IMG/VR virus record: IMGVR_UViG_3300028048_003164 | Location: 55,608 to 119,607 of that record | Direction: 5' to 3' (one strand) | Source: a virus | Lineage: Duplodnaviria > Caudoviricetes | DNA: 64,000 bases | Part shown: in pieces, positions 1 to 9,063 of the stretch | Layout: each line of letters opens with the position of its first letter | How positions within the stretch are numbered: position 1 is the stretch's first letter | The notes under the pieces: model-generated | What the model was told of the DNA's origin: nothing | What the model saw: the letters and a program-made list of their open reading frames with translations, nothing else | The model's database searches: none | Translations under genes and position numbers: made by a program

Positions 1-87
1 AGATGGTAGTGCATCCCAGCCATCACGCAATTCACCTAATAAATTTTTTGTTAAATAAATATTCTCTGGTGCTTCATTTGCTTTCAT
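1..87 (-). CDS. Phage hypothetical protein, N-terminal part (runs off window)
   Basis: Manual translation MKANEAPENIYLTKNLLGELRDGWDALPS...; its ATG overlaps the stop of 84..1526. Confidence 0.7.
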   Translation of the reverse strand, partial: MKANEAPENIYLTKNLLGELRDGWDALPS

Positions 88-1526
88 AACTTATATATTT
101 TTGACATTTGTTCGTAAAGCTCATTTAATTTTGACGCTGGATAGCCGTTTGTATGGTAATGATTGATAGCGTCGTGCAAGCATTCTATCTGTTCTTCACT
201 TGGCTTCCAAGTGTATCTGTCTTTGAGGGATTTGAGCCAATCAACATCTTTAAGTAGTATATCATTGTCTGCGACATTAAGATTTTCAAGGCAAGCCACA
301 ATTCGATTTATCTTGACTTCATCCTCTTCACTCCAAGACGATTTCATCTCAGATAGAGTATCAGCTCTACCCTTCTCATACTCTGTTCTGAGTAACTCTT
401 TCATTTCTTCGTCAGTAGGTTTATCATATAGTGCTTCCTTTGCTTCAGCTGATACCATTCTTTGAGAGATTTTCTTTAACTCATGCGTTTCTTCTGACCA
501 CTCATATCCAGCTTCTTTCATCTTTAAAAAGAGAGTATCACGCTGCTCTTTGGTTGCTGGATGATATATACAATTAGCAGTATCTCCCCATCCACTGCTT
601 TTAGTAAATCCTACACCACCAATTCCACAATATCCAAATATGGTTAATGGATTTGATACATCTGTTTTTATATTAGACGGTTTTGTTTCTTTAAATATGA
701 ATGGACTTTCTCCCATATAATTTTTATTGATAAGTGTATCACTATCCTTTGCATCTTGGATAGTCCAAAGATGTGCGATTTTATCTACAGTTCCATATTC
801 TAATGATGTACTTAAACCATTTTGGTCAATCAATTCGTAGCCACATCCATTATAGTTGACCTTATAGCATTTGTTTTGCCATACTATCCAATCACCGACC
901 TTGAATTTTGGTTCAATGTTGTCAACAGGTTTCTGCTCATCCATTGTAGCCATAGGAACTTCTTCACCGTTCATAATCTTGATACTCTCCCTTACGATTT
1001 TCGCATCAGTATGATAGCCTTCGTTATCGAGTGCCACTGCAAGTTTTTCAGTGTATGCCTTCGCTCTGTCAGACACTTCTATCATTTCAAGAAGTCTTGG
1101 AAGAGCCTTGAAGGTAAACTCTTTTTCAGATGTTTCCTTCCCTTGCTTTTCAAGCCAAGACTTTCTTTCCAATTCTACTCCCTTATCATACCAAGCATGG
1201 CACATGTTGATAATAGCTTCCTCAGAATATTTATCCAAAGCTGATGTCAGAGCACCACAATCTGTTCTATTCCAAACATATTCAAAGTCTGTTGATTCAT
1301 ATTCTTTTTGCTTTTCAAGCCAATTAATCATGTTATTCTGATTTTGCTTGTCAAGAACTTCTGATGATTGTCTGACAAGTTTAATTATTGCTTTCCTTAT
1401 CTTCTCATCCTCTGATTCACAGAGTTCAGGGATAATGGTATCAAGTGCTGTTCTTACTGAAAACAGTGCAGACTTATCGTGAAAGTCTTTTAATATTTTC
1501 ATTGCTTCTTTCTTTTCCATAATCAC
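84..1526 (-). CDS. Phage hypothetical protein (modular, WSEEDE / WKPSEEQ type segments)
   Basis: 480-aa ORF coupled to both neighbours; segments typical of Bacteroidales phage accessory proteins. Confidence 0.85.
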   Translation of the reverse strand: MIMEKKEAMKILKDFHDKSALFSVRTALDTIIPELCESEDEKIRKAIIKLVRQSSEVLDKQNQNNMINWLEKQKEYESTDFEYVWNRTDCGALTSALDKYSEEAIINMCHAWYDKGVELERKSWLEKQGKETSEKEFTFKALPRLLEMIEVSDRAKAYTEKLAVALDNEGYHTDAKIVRESIKIMNGEEVPMATMDEQKPVDNIEPKFKVGDWIVWQNKCYKVNYNGCGYELIDQNGLSTSLEYGTVDKIAHLWTIQDAKDSDTLINKNYMGESPFIFKETKPSNIKTDVSNPLTIFGYCGIGGVGFTKSSGWGDTANCIYHPATKEQRDTLFLKMKEAGYEWSEETHELKKISQRMVSAEAKEALYDKPTDEEMKELLRTEYEKGRADTLSEMKSSWSEEDEVKINRIVACLENLNVADNDILLKDVDWLKSLKDRYTWKPSEEQIECLHDAINHYHTNGYPASKLNELYEQMSKIYKL

Positions 1527-1888
1527 AAAAGTTTATCTTTATGTAACTCAATAATCATATTATAACATGCATCAATAGGATTATCAAACCAGTCTCCTAC
1601 ATATCCATCACCTATATATGCTTTTACCCTATAGTCATAAGTATCATCGGACCAAATCTCCTTTTCTATGTCTATACGAGGTAAAACATCAATTAATGCA
1701 GAAAGACTCCAAGCAGGATAAAACTTAACATTACCGCTACCATCCTTAACTAAATCCCAATCATCTATAGGAAGTAATCTTATTGTATCATCAACAAATA
1801 CATTCCATCCCATATCAGCGGTATCAATATCAATCCCAAGCTCTATGAGTTTCTTGGATTGCTCTATGCCTGTACAAATCTTATTCAT
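1523..1888 (-). CDS. Phage hypothetical protein
   Basis: 121-aa ORF (KICT.IEQSKKLIELG...PAWSLSAL), 4-bp overlap with next gene. Confidence 0.85.
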   Translation of the reverse strand: MNKICTGIEQSKKLIELGIDIDTADMGWNVFVDDTIRLLPIDDWDLVKDGSGNVKFYPAWSLSALIDVLPRIDIEKEIWSDDTYDYRVKAYIGDGYVGDWFDNPIDACYNMIIELHKDKLL

Positions 1889-2064
1889 AAATCTTCAAAA
1901 TTCAAACTTATACCAAGATACATTGGAAAGAGAATACCTCCAAGTATTAAACAACCACTAAATACACCAAATATATTTTTCCCTTTAGATTTTGCTATAC
2001 GATAAACTGCTCCAAAGCAAAATAATGCTGCAAAAATCCAATAAAATATTAGTAAATATATCAT
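1885..2064 (-). CDS. Small two-TM membrane protein
   Basis: Manual translation MIYLLIFYWIFAALFCFGAVYRIAKSKGKNIFGVFSGCLILGGILFPMYLGISLNFEDL; ATGA overlap with 1523..1888. Confidence 0.7.
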   Translation of the reverse strand: MIYLLIFYWIFAALFCFGAVYRIAKSKGKNIFGVFSGCLILGGILFPMYLGISLNFEDL

Positions 2065-2112
2065 AATTATTTCTTTTTATTATTTCTTTTTGAGTCTTCT
2101 GAACTTTATCAG

Positions 2113-2214
2113 TAGTAGGTGGATTAGGAGTCGAACCCTTGTTTCAATAATCGCGATATTACCTGTTCTGAAAATTCAGTTAAGCCGCCACCGTGGCGAG
2201 CTGCCGATCCACCC
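2113..2214 (-). ncRNA. tRNA-like RNA or degenerate tRNA
   Basis: GGGTGGA/TCCACCT acceptor-like stem, GGGTTCGACTCC T-loop, internal hairpins; no clean anticodon arm. Confidence 0.45.
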
Positions 2215-2294
2215 GTAATGCCCACCGCCGTGGGCTGTGATTTAAAATGCGTTTTTTAGACATATAGTTTCACAACTATGTTTTTCATTCAAGC

Positions 2295-2329
2295 GATACA
2301 AAGGTACGAATAAAGTATTTATTTTCAAA
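2295..2329 (-). promoter_or_regulatory. Bacteroidetes sigma-A promoter (leftward)
   Basis: TTTG-N19-TACCTTTG; the 20-mer TTTATTCGTACCTTTGTATC also occurs upstream of metK. Confidence 0.75.
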
Positions 2330-2377
2330 GTAATATATGCTAAAAATGCTTAATAGCGGCAACAAAATACGCATATA

Positions 2378-2519
2378 TTGCATATCTTTTGAATTAAAAT
2401 ATTACTTTTGCAATGTGTTCAAGGGCACTACATTGACACTAAAAATGAATTTTTACTTTAATATATAAAGTAGAGGAAACCGAGAAAGAAGTAGTGCTCT
2501 TTCGAGGTTTCCTATTTTT
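2378..2519 (+). promoter_or_regulatory. Promoter plus structured leader/attenuator of the rightward early operon
   Basis: TACTTTTG at 2403; hairpin 2415-2439; terminator-like hairpin 2474-2513 + T-tract; the two loops are complementary. Confidence 0.65.
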
Positions 2520-2542
2520 ATTAAATATCAAAAAGTAAGCAA

Positions 2543-3034
2543 ATGAAAACGAAGATCAAGGTGACAAGGGAAGTGGATTTGCGATACCTCAAAGTTGATG
2601 CAGGAGTACGTTATTGGGAAGATTCTGACATAGACGGAACACCAGACTTGGATATGTGCGAATGCAAAGGCAATGCCGTTCCACGTATGCCGTTTGCCGT
2701 CAAGGTGAAAGACAAGCCTGAGTCAAATATCTACTCTGACCACTGGCGTTGGCAACCGACTATCGACGTAGAGAGGGGTTGTATTGTTGACTGGCCGAAG
2801 GGAACGACGGCACGAGTTCACTACAAGGTCTTCGACGATGGCGTTTACAATCTCCTTGATCCGTTGGAGAACATCATTGTCTCGGTCGAGAGTTTCGTTC
2901 CCGACTGCATCGGTGAGTATGGTGATTACATCGTCATGAACATCGATGAAGACGGAAACATCGAGGGCTTCAACTTTACCGCTGACGACGTGGATGAAAT
3001 CATCAAAAGCGACTTCGATTACGAGGAGGACTGA
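2543..3034 (+). CDS. Phage hypothetical protein
   Basis: 163-aa acidic ORF, first gene after leader. Confidence 0.85.
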   Translation: MKTKIKVTREVDLRYLKVDAGVRYWEDSDIDGTPDLDMCECKGNAVPRMPFAVKVKDKPESNIYSDHWRWQPTIDVERGCIVDWPKGTTARVHYKVFDDGVYNLLDPLENIIVSVESFVPDCIGEYGDYIVMNIDEDGNIEGFNFTADDVDEIIKSDFDYEED

Positions 3035-3036
3035 CA

Positions 3037-3366
3037 ATGAGTTTGTATCATCATCATTTCAAGAAGAGCGATAGTTGGATGTGGATTAACTGGGTACGTC
3101 ATGACGGATTTGGAAAACTCCCACATCTTTCTGTCCGTAAGGTAAAACACGACCTTTACTTTTACTTTGACTTCACTTGGTGGAAATTGAATTGTTACAG
3201 GGTAAAGGGTCTTAACAAACCAAAATATAAACCAGAACTTCCGCGAATGGAAGAATATGCAGATTTGAATAATTATCTAAAAGCCGTAAGTAAGTACTAC
3301 GAACTATGTGAAGCTGCGGGGTATGTCGAAGCCCTTAATGCCCAACTAATGAAGAAGGAGGACTGA
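3037..3366 (+). CDS. Hypothetical protein
   Basis: 109-aa ORF in tightly packed array. Confidence 0.75.
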   Translation: MSLYHHHFKKSDSWMWINWVRHDGFGKLPHLSVRKVKHDLYFYFDFTWWKLNCYRVKGLNKPKYKPELPRMEEYADLNNYLKAVSKYYELCEAAGYVEALNAQLMKKED

Positions 3367-3369
3367 CGT

Positions 3370-3696
3370 ATGTTTGACTTGGAGAAACTAAAGGACAATA
3401 ACGCTATCTTTTGGATATTCCGTTTCCCGGAGTATCGCAAGGTGGCGGCAGAGTGTGGATGGGCAATAGCCATTCACGGTTCTGCCGTCCACGACCTTGA
3501 CCTAATGGCAATGCCATGGGTGGAGAATCATACAACCGCCGACGAGCTTGCGCAGCGGCTGAATGAGTGTGAGCGGCCTGAGTACCGACGACCTTATGAG
3601 AAATCGAAACCGGGCGATAAACCGAACGGAAGGATTGTTTATACCATCTTTGCAGGTGGAACATATATAGACATGAATGTAATCAATAAGGATTGA
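3370..3696 (+). CDS. Minimal nucleotidyltransferase-fold-like protein
   Basis: AIHGS...DLDL motif (hGS + DxD of the Pol-beta superfamily). Confidence 0.55.
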   Translation: MFDLEKLKDNNAIFWIFRFPEYRKVAAECGWAIAIHGSAVHDLDLMAMPWVENHTTADELAQRLNECERPEYRRPYEKSKPGDKPNGRIVYTIFAGGTYIDMNVINKD

Positions 3697-3778
3697 CCAG
3701 TGGGATTGATACGAATTTGGCCTGTGATGAACTTGCAAGGAAGAAAATGATGAGGATATAGAAATAAAAAAGAGAAAA

Positions 3779-4135
3779 ATGAAACCTTACGAGAACAACA
3801 ATATGGGTATTCCTATAAAGAAATGCTGCGCCTCTTGTGAGCATAAGCGCTTCGACAATAAAAATAGGATATGCCTTTTGGGAGAGGGAATGGTTCCTCC
3901 GTCATATGTATGCAAGAGATGGAGGATGAGTTCAAACCTTTTGAATGTAGGCAAGGGAGATGGAAGGATAAAGAAACGTGAGTATCTTATGTATGCCCTA
4001 AACAGGCTGATGGAGGAAGACGTGAGTGCGGAAGATGCGGCGACGGCAAAGCGAATGTATAGGAAGGCTACGTTGGGTGAGATAAGAAGTGAATTCATGG
4101 ATAGACAAGAAACAATATTCGATACCATAGAATGA
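3779..4135 (+). CDS. Cys-rich hypothetical protein
   Basis: CCASC...C...C pattern; overlaps next gene. Confidence 0.8.
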   Translation: MKPYENNNMGIPIKKCCASCEHKRFDNKNRICLLGEGMVPPSYVCKRWRMSSNLLNVGKGDGRIKKREYLMYALNRLMEEDVSAEDAATAKRMYRKATLGEIRSEFMDRQETIFDTIE

Positions 4136-4836
4136 AACTGGAATATTTCGATAAGATAGATGACGTGTCACCGCTTTCCGTTTTCTTTAATAAGACGATG
4201 GATAAGCTTGCAGCATTGAGGAAACTTTGTGCCCCCGTATCTTTCCTGCGTAATGAAGAAATAGCAGATTTTCAGGATAAGGCCTTCTGTAATCTATGCA
4301 GATATGAGTATTGGATGCATCAGGTAGTAGGAAGGCTTTACCGATGGAAGATAGACACTGAGGAGTACTTCTCCGAGGACTTTGACAGTTCGGTCTTGCA
4401 AAGAATAAAGGACTCAGTATTAGGGGAAGGAGACATAGTGGCCGAGACGTTGCCGTATGACATATGGTCTCTCTGTAAGGATATCCTTTCGCAGGCACGA
4501 ATCGGAGTGTTAGACAGCTTGAGGGTAGTCTACGGATGTGATGTGAAGACGTATAGGATGTCGGAGGAAGGCACTCCTATTCCCATGACAAGGGAGGATA
4601 TAGAACTGATAGACGTTGAGCGGCAGGTAGAGGCGGAGGATGATACGAAACGTCTTATGGCAATTGCAGGCGGGATCACTGCCGTCGTGCAGACAATTCA
4701 TTCTCTCGGGGACAAGGACTTCAAGGAGGAAGATATAATGATAATGATACATAGAATGGCGGAATCTTTGCTAATGATGGATTTTAAGAGGGCGGAGACC
4801 GTGTTAAAGGATTGGAGGGAAACTCATGCGGTATAG
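4132..4836 (+). CDS. Hypothetical protein
   Basis: 234-aa ORF. Confidence 0.8.
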   Translation: MKLEYFDKIDDVSPLSVFFNKTMDKLAALRKLCAPVSFLRNEEIADFQDKAFCNLCRYEYWMHQVVGRLYRWKIDTEEYFSEDFDSSVLQRIKDSVLGEGDIVAETLPYDIWSLCKDILSQARIGVLDSLRVVYGCDVKTYRMSEEGTPIPMTREDIELIDVERQVEAEDDTKRLMAIAGGITAVVQTIHSLGDKDFKEEDIMIMIHRMAESLLMMDFKRAETVLKDWRETHAV

Positions 4837-4987
4837 GGTAGGTGCATTTGAAGGAGGCGTCTTTAAGAGATGGGCTGGCTATCCTTACAATGAAAGGAAG
4901 GATGCCGAGGAATACTGCGCAGGATGCACGCAGACTTGCTCAGGGCTGACGGGATTGCAGTATAAAGTTCTTGAGGTGGATGAATGA
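4826..4987 (+). CDS. Small hypothetical protein
   Basis: Manual translation, 53 aa (MRYRVGAFEGG...KVLEVDE); fills the gap, ATGA overlap with next gene. Confidence 0.6.
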   Translation: MRYRVGAFEGGVFKRWAGYPYNERKDAEEYCAGCTQTCSGLTGLQYKVLEVDE

Positions 4988-5397
4988 GAAAAATATATAC
5001 GACGGAAAATATACGATTGGATGGAGTGGAGGTTCTCGGCATTGAAAGCCTTGCACCTGCGGCAAGAAAATGGGTCACCGAGACACGCAGAACCTTGCTC
5101 CGCAGGGTGACGCTGCCTGAGAAGGTGACTGCGAGGATGCTTGCTCAGTTCGATGATAAGCCCGTACGACAGGCATATTTCAAGATAAGGGGAAGGTCTT
5201 ATTTCCTTGATTTCTTCTTCCCGGAGAGAATGATTGCCGTGGAAATCGACGGTTCCGTACATAGGCTCAAGAAGGATCACGACAGACGGCGGGATGCGGA
5301 TTTCCGCAGCATAGGGGTAAGGACGATACGGATAAAGAACAGTGACGTGATGTGCGGGAAACTTTACGAGAAACTTTTTAAAGGCATTTACAGATAA
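4984..5397 (+). CDS. DUF559 / Vsr-like endonuclease
   Basis: YFLDF...IAVEIDGSVH...DRRRD...G.RTIRI.N motifs. Confidence 0.85.
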   Translation: MRKIYTTENIRLDGVEVLGIESLAPAARKWVTETRRTLLRRVTLPEKVTARMLAQFDDKPVRQAYFKIRGRSYFLDFFFPERMIAVEIDGSVHRLKKDHDRRRDADFRSIGVRTIRIKNSDVMCGKLYEKLFKGIYR

Positions 5398-5425
5398 TTA
5401 TTAACAAATATATAATTTAGAGAAT

Positions 5426-5746
5426 ATGAACTACAATGATTTTAAACGCGCCCGGAAATTCGGGAAAGATGAGGGGAATAAGGCTCTTATCGGAAAGATA
5501 GGGGAGTGTGAGGATATGCTCGGTGTCCTTGACTGGCTGAAGAATAATGAGAATAAGGATGAGGAGGGGAAACCGAGGTATAAGGCCACCGTTACCGTTA
5601 ATATTCATGGTCGCGGTGAGGATGATTCCAACGAGAAGGGAGTGCGTTCCCTCTCCTATGACACCAACTTTGATTTCGTAGAGAAGAAAGTACGGGGTGA
5701 GTATGACCGCTTAGTGAAGGAGTTTGAGGAAAGGACGAAAGACTGA
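5426..5746 (+). CDS. Hypothetical protein
   Basis: 106-aa ORF. Confidence 0.75.
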   Translation: MNYNDFKRARKFGKDEGNKALIGKIGECEDMLGVLDWLKNNENKDEEGKPRYKATVTVNIHGRGEDDSNEKGVRSLSYDTNFDFVEKKVRGEYDRLVKEFEERTKD

Positions 5747-5751
5747 ATACC

Positions 5752-5982
5752 ATGGATATTATTATCAGCATACTTGACAAGCATTTGAAGACGGCTGCGG
5801 CTACGTTGCTTCTGTTGTCGGAAGAGACAGCGGTTGAAAAAATGCAAGAGGCCGTGGAAAAATTAAAGGGCGAAATGGTAAGATTAAGGACAGAGGATTT
5901 AGGGGAAGGCGCAGAAAAACTGAGTATAGCCCTCGCAATGCAAGTCCTTGAACATTATATTAATAAGGGGGAAAAGGCATAG
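5752..5982 (+). CDS. Hypothetical protein
   Basis: 76-aa helical ORF. Confidence 0.7.
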   Translation: MDIIISILDKHLKTAAATLLLLSEETAVEKMQEAVEKLKGEMVRLRTEDLGEGAEKLSIALAMQVLEHYINKGEKA

Positions 5983-6075
5983 TATCTTCAAACTACCATA
6001 AGAAAGTTTGCAACTGCCTGCTATTCAGGCAAATTGTTAAAAGAAGCCATAGTTAGATAACAAAACAAAATATAT

Positions 6076-6106
6076 TTTGTTATAAAACATATTATTTGTA
6101 CTTTTG
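6076..6106 (+). promoter_or_regulatory. Bacteroidetes sigma-A promoter
   Basis: TTTG-N19-TACTTTTG. Confidence 0.7.
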
Positions 6107-6151
6107 TATCGTATGCAAACCCAAATGGGTAGAGTATGATAATAAAGGTGC

Positions 6152-6176
6152 AGATGGCTATCGTTAGCCATCTTTT
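6152..6176 (+). terminator. Terminator-like hairpin in a 5' leader
   Basis: AGATGGCTA-TCGT-TAGCCATCT followed by TTT. Confidence 0.55.
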
Positions 6177-6203
6177 CAAAGAATACTTAACCATAAAAAG
6201 AAT

Positions 6204-6512
6204 ATGAAAGAAATGGAAGAGATGCAAGTATGTAAATGCTGTGGCAAGGAGCTACCCCTAAGTATGTATCGCAGTTCCCGGCTCGGGAGGTTTAAAACAT
6301 GTAAGGAGTGTACGAGGAAACATCAGATCAATGCAAAGCTTGACAAGAAGATTGCAAAGCTGAAGGAGAAGGATGCCACCGATGCCCGTTTCCTGCGTTT
6401 AAAGGATTTTACCCCACGTGAACTTATGGCCGAGTTGAAACGTCGTGGCTTCAAGTTTACGATGGAGTACGTTGAGACACATGTGATAAATTCAAAGGAC
6501 ATTGAGATATGA
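6204..6512 (+). CDS. Zn-ribbon hypothetical protein
   Basis: CKCCGKELP...CKEC, then FTPRELMAELKRRG. Confidence 0.8.
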   Translation: MKEMEEMQVCKCCGKELPLSMYRSSRLGRFKTCKECTRKHQINAKLDKKIAKLKEKDATDARFLRLKDFTPRELMAELKRRGFKFTMEYVETHVINSKDIEI

Positions 6513-6967
6513 GCAAGAAGGAAATGTTAGAATCGGTGATTGCTGATTATAAGGCTCACCGTGATAAGGTAAGGGAGATACATATTCTCTACAGAAACGG
6601 CACGAAGGCAGGCATCGGCAACAATGAGGTTATCCGGAAGGTCATGGACACCCTAATTGAAGAGGCTGAGAGCCAGCTTCTTGAGCTTAAGTATGGTAAA
6701 TGGTATGGTAAATGCCCCAACTTTGTGCCCAAGCCCGATGTAAAGCAAGGCAAGAATGGGTGGAGGAAGTTTCCCGATGAGAAGCCGGCGGCGGCAGGTG
6801 AGTATCTTGTACGTGGTATCGGTGGCCTTGATAACAAGTTACACCATTGGGTGTGCTTGTGGGTAGGTGATTTCGATGACAAAACCATCGCACATCGTTT
6901 CTTCTACGGAGGCAACGAGTTCCGTGAGTGTGAGGTATTTGAGTGGGTCGATGTAAACGAATTATAA
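6509..6967 (+). CDS. Hypothetical protein with C-terminal DUF551-like domain
   Basis: GWRKFPDEKP...EYLV...W motif. Confidence 0.7.
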   Translation: MSKKEMLESVIADYKAHRDKVREIHILYRNGTKAGIGNNEVIRKVMDTLIEEAESQLLELKYGKWYGKCPNFVPKPDVKQGKNGWRKFPDEKPAAAGEYLVRGIGGLDNKLHHWVCLWVGDFDDKTIAHRFFYGGNEFRECEVFEWVDVNEL

Positions 6968-6990
6968 TAACAACCTTTAAAAAGAGAGGT

Positions 6991-7380
6991 ATGAGCTTAT
7001 ACAATATTTTAAACGGGGTAAATCCCGCTACGTTTTTGATTCTGCCGATGCTTGGCAGACACCCTGATGAATATCCGAGGTTCCGTGATTGCTTTGTTGG
7101 CGAGGACAGACAGATTATTGTCCTTACAAGGGTCGGTGGCGGTAACCGCAACTGTGGATTTGGTGAGGAAACACTTTATAAAGACCCGAACTTTGTAAAG
7201 ACTTACGATGATGAGTTTGACGACACATACGGTTACTATGTGTTCAGTGTCCCAGAGGAATGGAAAGACGACTTTGATAAAATTATCAAAGGAGAGAAAC
7301 CGTCTGCGGGGTATCTTGACCAAATGTGCAAGGTGTACCCGAAGCTTGAAGAGAAGTTCCGTGAACAGTTTACGTTATGA
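6991..7380 (+). CDS. Conserved phage hypothetical protein
   Basis: MSLYNILNG...RFRD...TRVGGGNR...DDEFDDTY; ATG at 6991 chosen over upstream GTG. Confidence 0.8.
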   Translation: MSLYNILNGVNPATFLILPMLGRHPDEYPRFRDCFVGEDRQIIVLTRVGGGNRNCGFGEETLYKDPNFVKTYDDEFDDTYGYYVFSVPEEWKDDFDKIIKGEKPSAGYLDQMCKVYPKLEEKFREQFTL

Positions 7381-7823
7381 CAAAAAAGGAGATTAGGGAG
7401 AAACTTTGCGCCTTATGCTTGTATGCACCCTACGGAGTGAAGGTAAAGCACGACTTGCAGGAGTTCCCTTGTGAGTTGCAATCCGTTGACCTATATCGCA
7501 GTTCGGTAGAATGTGTTCCCATCGGTGAGAAAGCCTTCCTTGGCACGCAGCATTTCCACGTGGAGTTCGTGAAGCCTGTGCTGCGGACAATGGAGAGCAT
7601 AACCGAGGAAGAAAAGGAAGAGCTTTCATTTATTGCCTCTGATAGTGATTTCAAGTGGTGGCAGTATTGGAAGGGTGGTTTTGACGGTCATTTTGGTGAG
7701 GGTGACGGACGAGTGGAACTTGATGACATGGCAAGAGTTATCAAGTGGCTGTGTGAAAAAAAGTTTGATTTTATGAACCTCATCCAACGTGGGATGGCAG
7801 TAAACGAACAAGATATATTTTGA
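7377..7823 (+). CDS. Phage hypothetical protein
   Basis: PYGVKV...VKPVLR.MESITEEE pattern. Confidence 0.8.
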   Translation: MTKKEIREKLCALCLYAPYGVKVKHDLQEFPCELQSVDLYRSSVECVPIGEKAFLGTQHFHVEFVKPVLRTMESITEEEKEELSFIASDSDFKWWQYWKGGFDGHFGEGDGRVELDDMARVIKWLCEKKFDFMNLIQRGMAVNEQDIF

Positions 7824-7826
7824 ATT

Positions 7827-7979
7827 ATGACAGAAAAAGACAAAGAATTGTTAGAGCAAGCCTACGAGACCACCTACAGGAGCACGTTCCGCAGGCTTAT
7901 CATGGAGGCCGACACCGAGGAGTGCCGCGAAGCAATCCATCAGATTATGTGTGATAGAGAAATGGAAATGGAGGACTGA
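7827..7979 (+). CDS. Small hypothetical protein
   Basis: Manual translation, 50 aa (MTEKDKELLEQAY...EMED); fills the gap. Confidence 0.65.
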   Translation: MTEKDKELLEQAYETTYRSTFRRLIMEADTEECREAIHQIMCDREMEMED

Positions 7980-7982
7980 TAC

Positions 7983-8195
7983 ATGGCAAAGGCAAAGGAT
8001 TTGTTGAAATCGCTGTACGTGTTCCGAAAAGGTAATGCGTATCAGCCGATTGTAAAGCAGATAACCCAAGGGGAGATAAACCCGAGGGCAACGTATATTC
8101 AGACCTTCGATAGAATGGTTTTCAACCTTGTCGTTCCCGATGTGGTGTTCATCACGACGGCAGACGAAACATGTTATCTTTATAAAGTTGACTAA
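7983..8195 (+). CDS. Hypothetical protein
   Basis: 70-aa ORF. Confidence 0.65.
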   Translation: MAKAKDLLKSLYVFRKGNAYQPIVKQITQGEINPRATYIQTFDRMVFNLVVPDVVFITTADETCYLYKVD

Positions 8196-8196
8196 T

Positions 8197-8466
8197 ATGG
8201 AATTACAAGTAGGCGAGTATTTTATTCCCGATGATTGCACGGCAAAGTTTGTCGGTAGGACATTGGTAGTGTACAAGCGAAAGAGCAAAAAGCTTGCTCC
8301 GAACGAATACCGATGCAAGGACTGCAAGCATAGGGTCAAAGGGCGAACCTTCATACGACAGTACTATGATTCAATGGTATGCGAACTGAAACCGAAGGAT
8401 GAAAATGGCTTGTTCTATTGCGCCCCTCTATATGGGAAACCGTGTGAGAAATTCGAAAAGAAGTGA
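8197..8466 (+). CDS. Cys-rich hypothetical protein
   Basis: RCKDCKH...C...C; ATG at 8197. Confidence 0.7.
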   Translation: MELQVGEYFIPDDCTAKFVGRTLVVYKRKSKKLAPNEYRCKDCKHRVKGRTFIRQYYDSMVCELKPKDENGLFYCAPLYGKPCEKFEKK

Positions 8467-8495
8467 CAATATGAAAGAAAGAAGCGATTGAAATT

Positions 8496-9053
8496 ATGGG
8501 TTGTGATATACATTTAAGAGTGGAACGGAGAAGGAGGAAAAAATCTTATCCTAATGAAAGAAATGAATGGTACAATGTCGGTTTCTTGGGTGAGTTCCGT
8601 TGCCGTATATACGGAATGTTTGCACGCATGGCAAATGTGAGAGCATATGGTGATAATTATAAAGTTCAGTTTGAACCACGTGGACTTCCAAATGACATAA
8701 TAGATTGGGCTACTCGTAACAGTTTCTATTTGTACGTAACAGACGATAAAGCGGCAGCAGACTGGGGAGAGCGTTACTGCTTAAAGGAAATGGCTGAAAA
8801 ATGGGTAGAATTAGGTTGCTCAAAATGGGTAGACGAAGACCACAGAACGGTAACAGACCCAGACCTTCATTCTCATTCATGGCTTACCACACAGGAGTTA
8901 AGGCAGTGTTTTGATGATTGCTTCAAGCAGGAGGACGGAACGATGAAACCTTATGCTGACTATGTAGAGTGGCTTGGGCTTGTCTCCCTTTGTGAGGGCA
9001 TTGAATCGACAGGAGAGTACGAGTGCCGTGTGGTGTTTGCGTTTGACAACTAA
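8496..9053 (+). CDS. Conserved phage protein (MGCDIH...FDN type)
   Basis: MGCDIH N-terminus, PRGLP.D, HSHSWLT, RVVFAFDN. Confidence 0.85.
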   Translation: MGCDIHLRVERRRRKKSYPNERNEWYNVGFLGEFRCRIYGMFARMANVRAYGDNYKVQFEPRGLPNDIIDWATRNSFYLYVTDDKAAADWGERYCLKEMAEKWVELGCSKWVDEDHRTVTDPDLHSHSWLTTQELRQCFDDCFKQEDGTMKPYADYVEWLGLVSLCEGIESTGEYECRVVFAFDN

Positions 9054-9063
9054 AATAAGAAGT

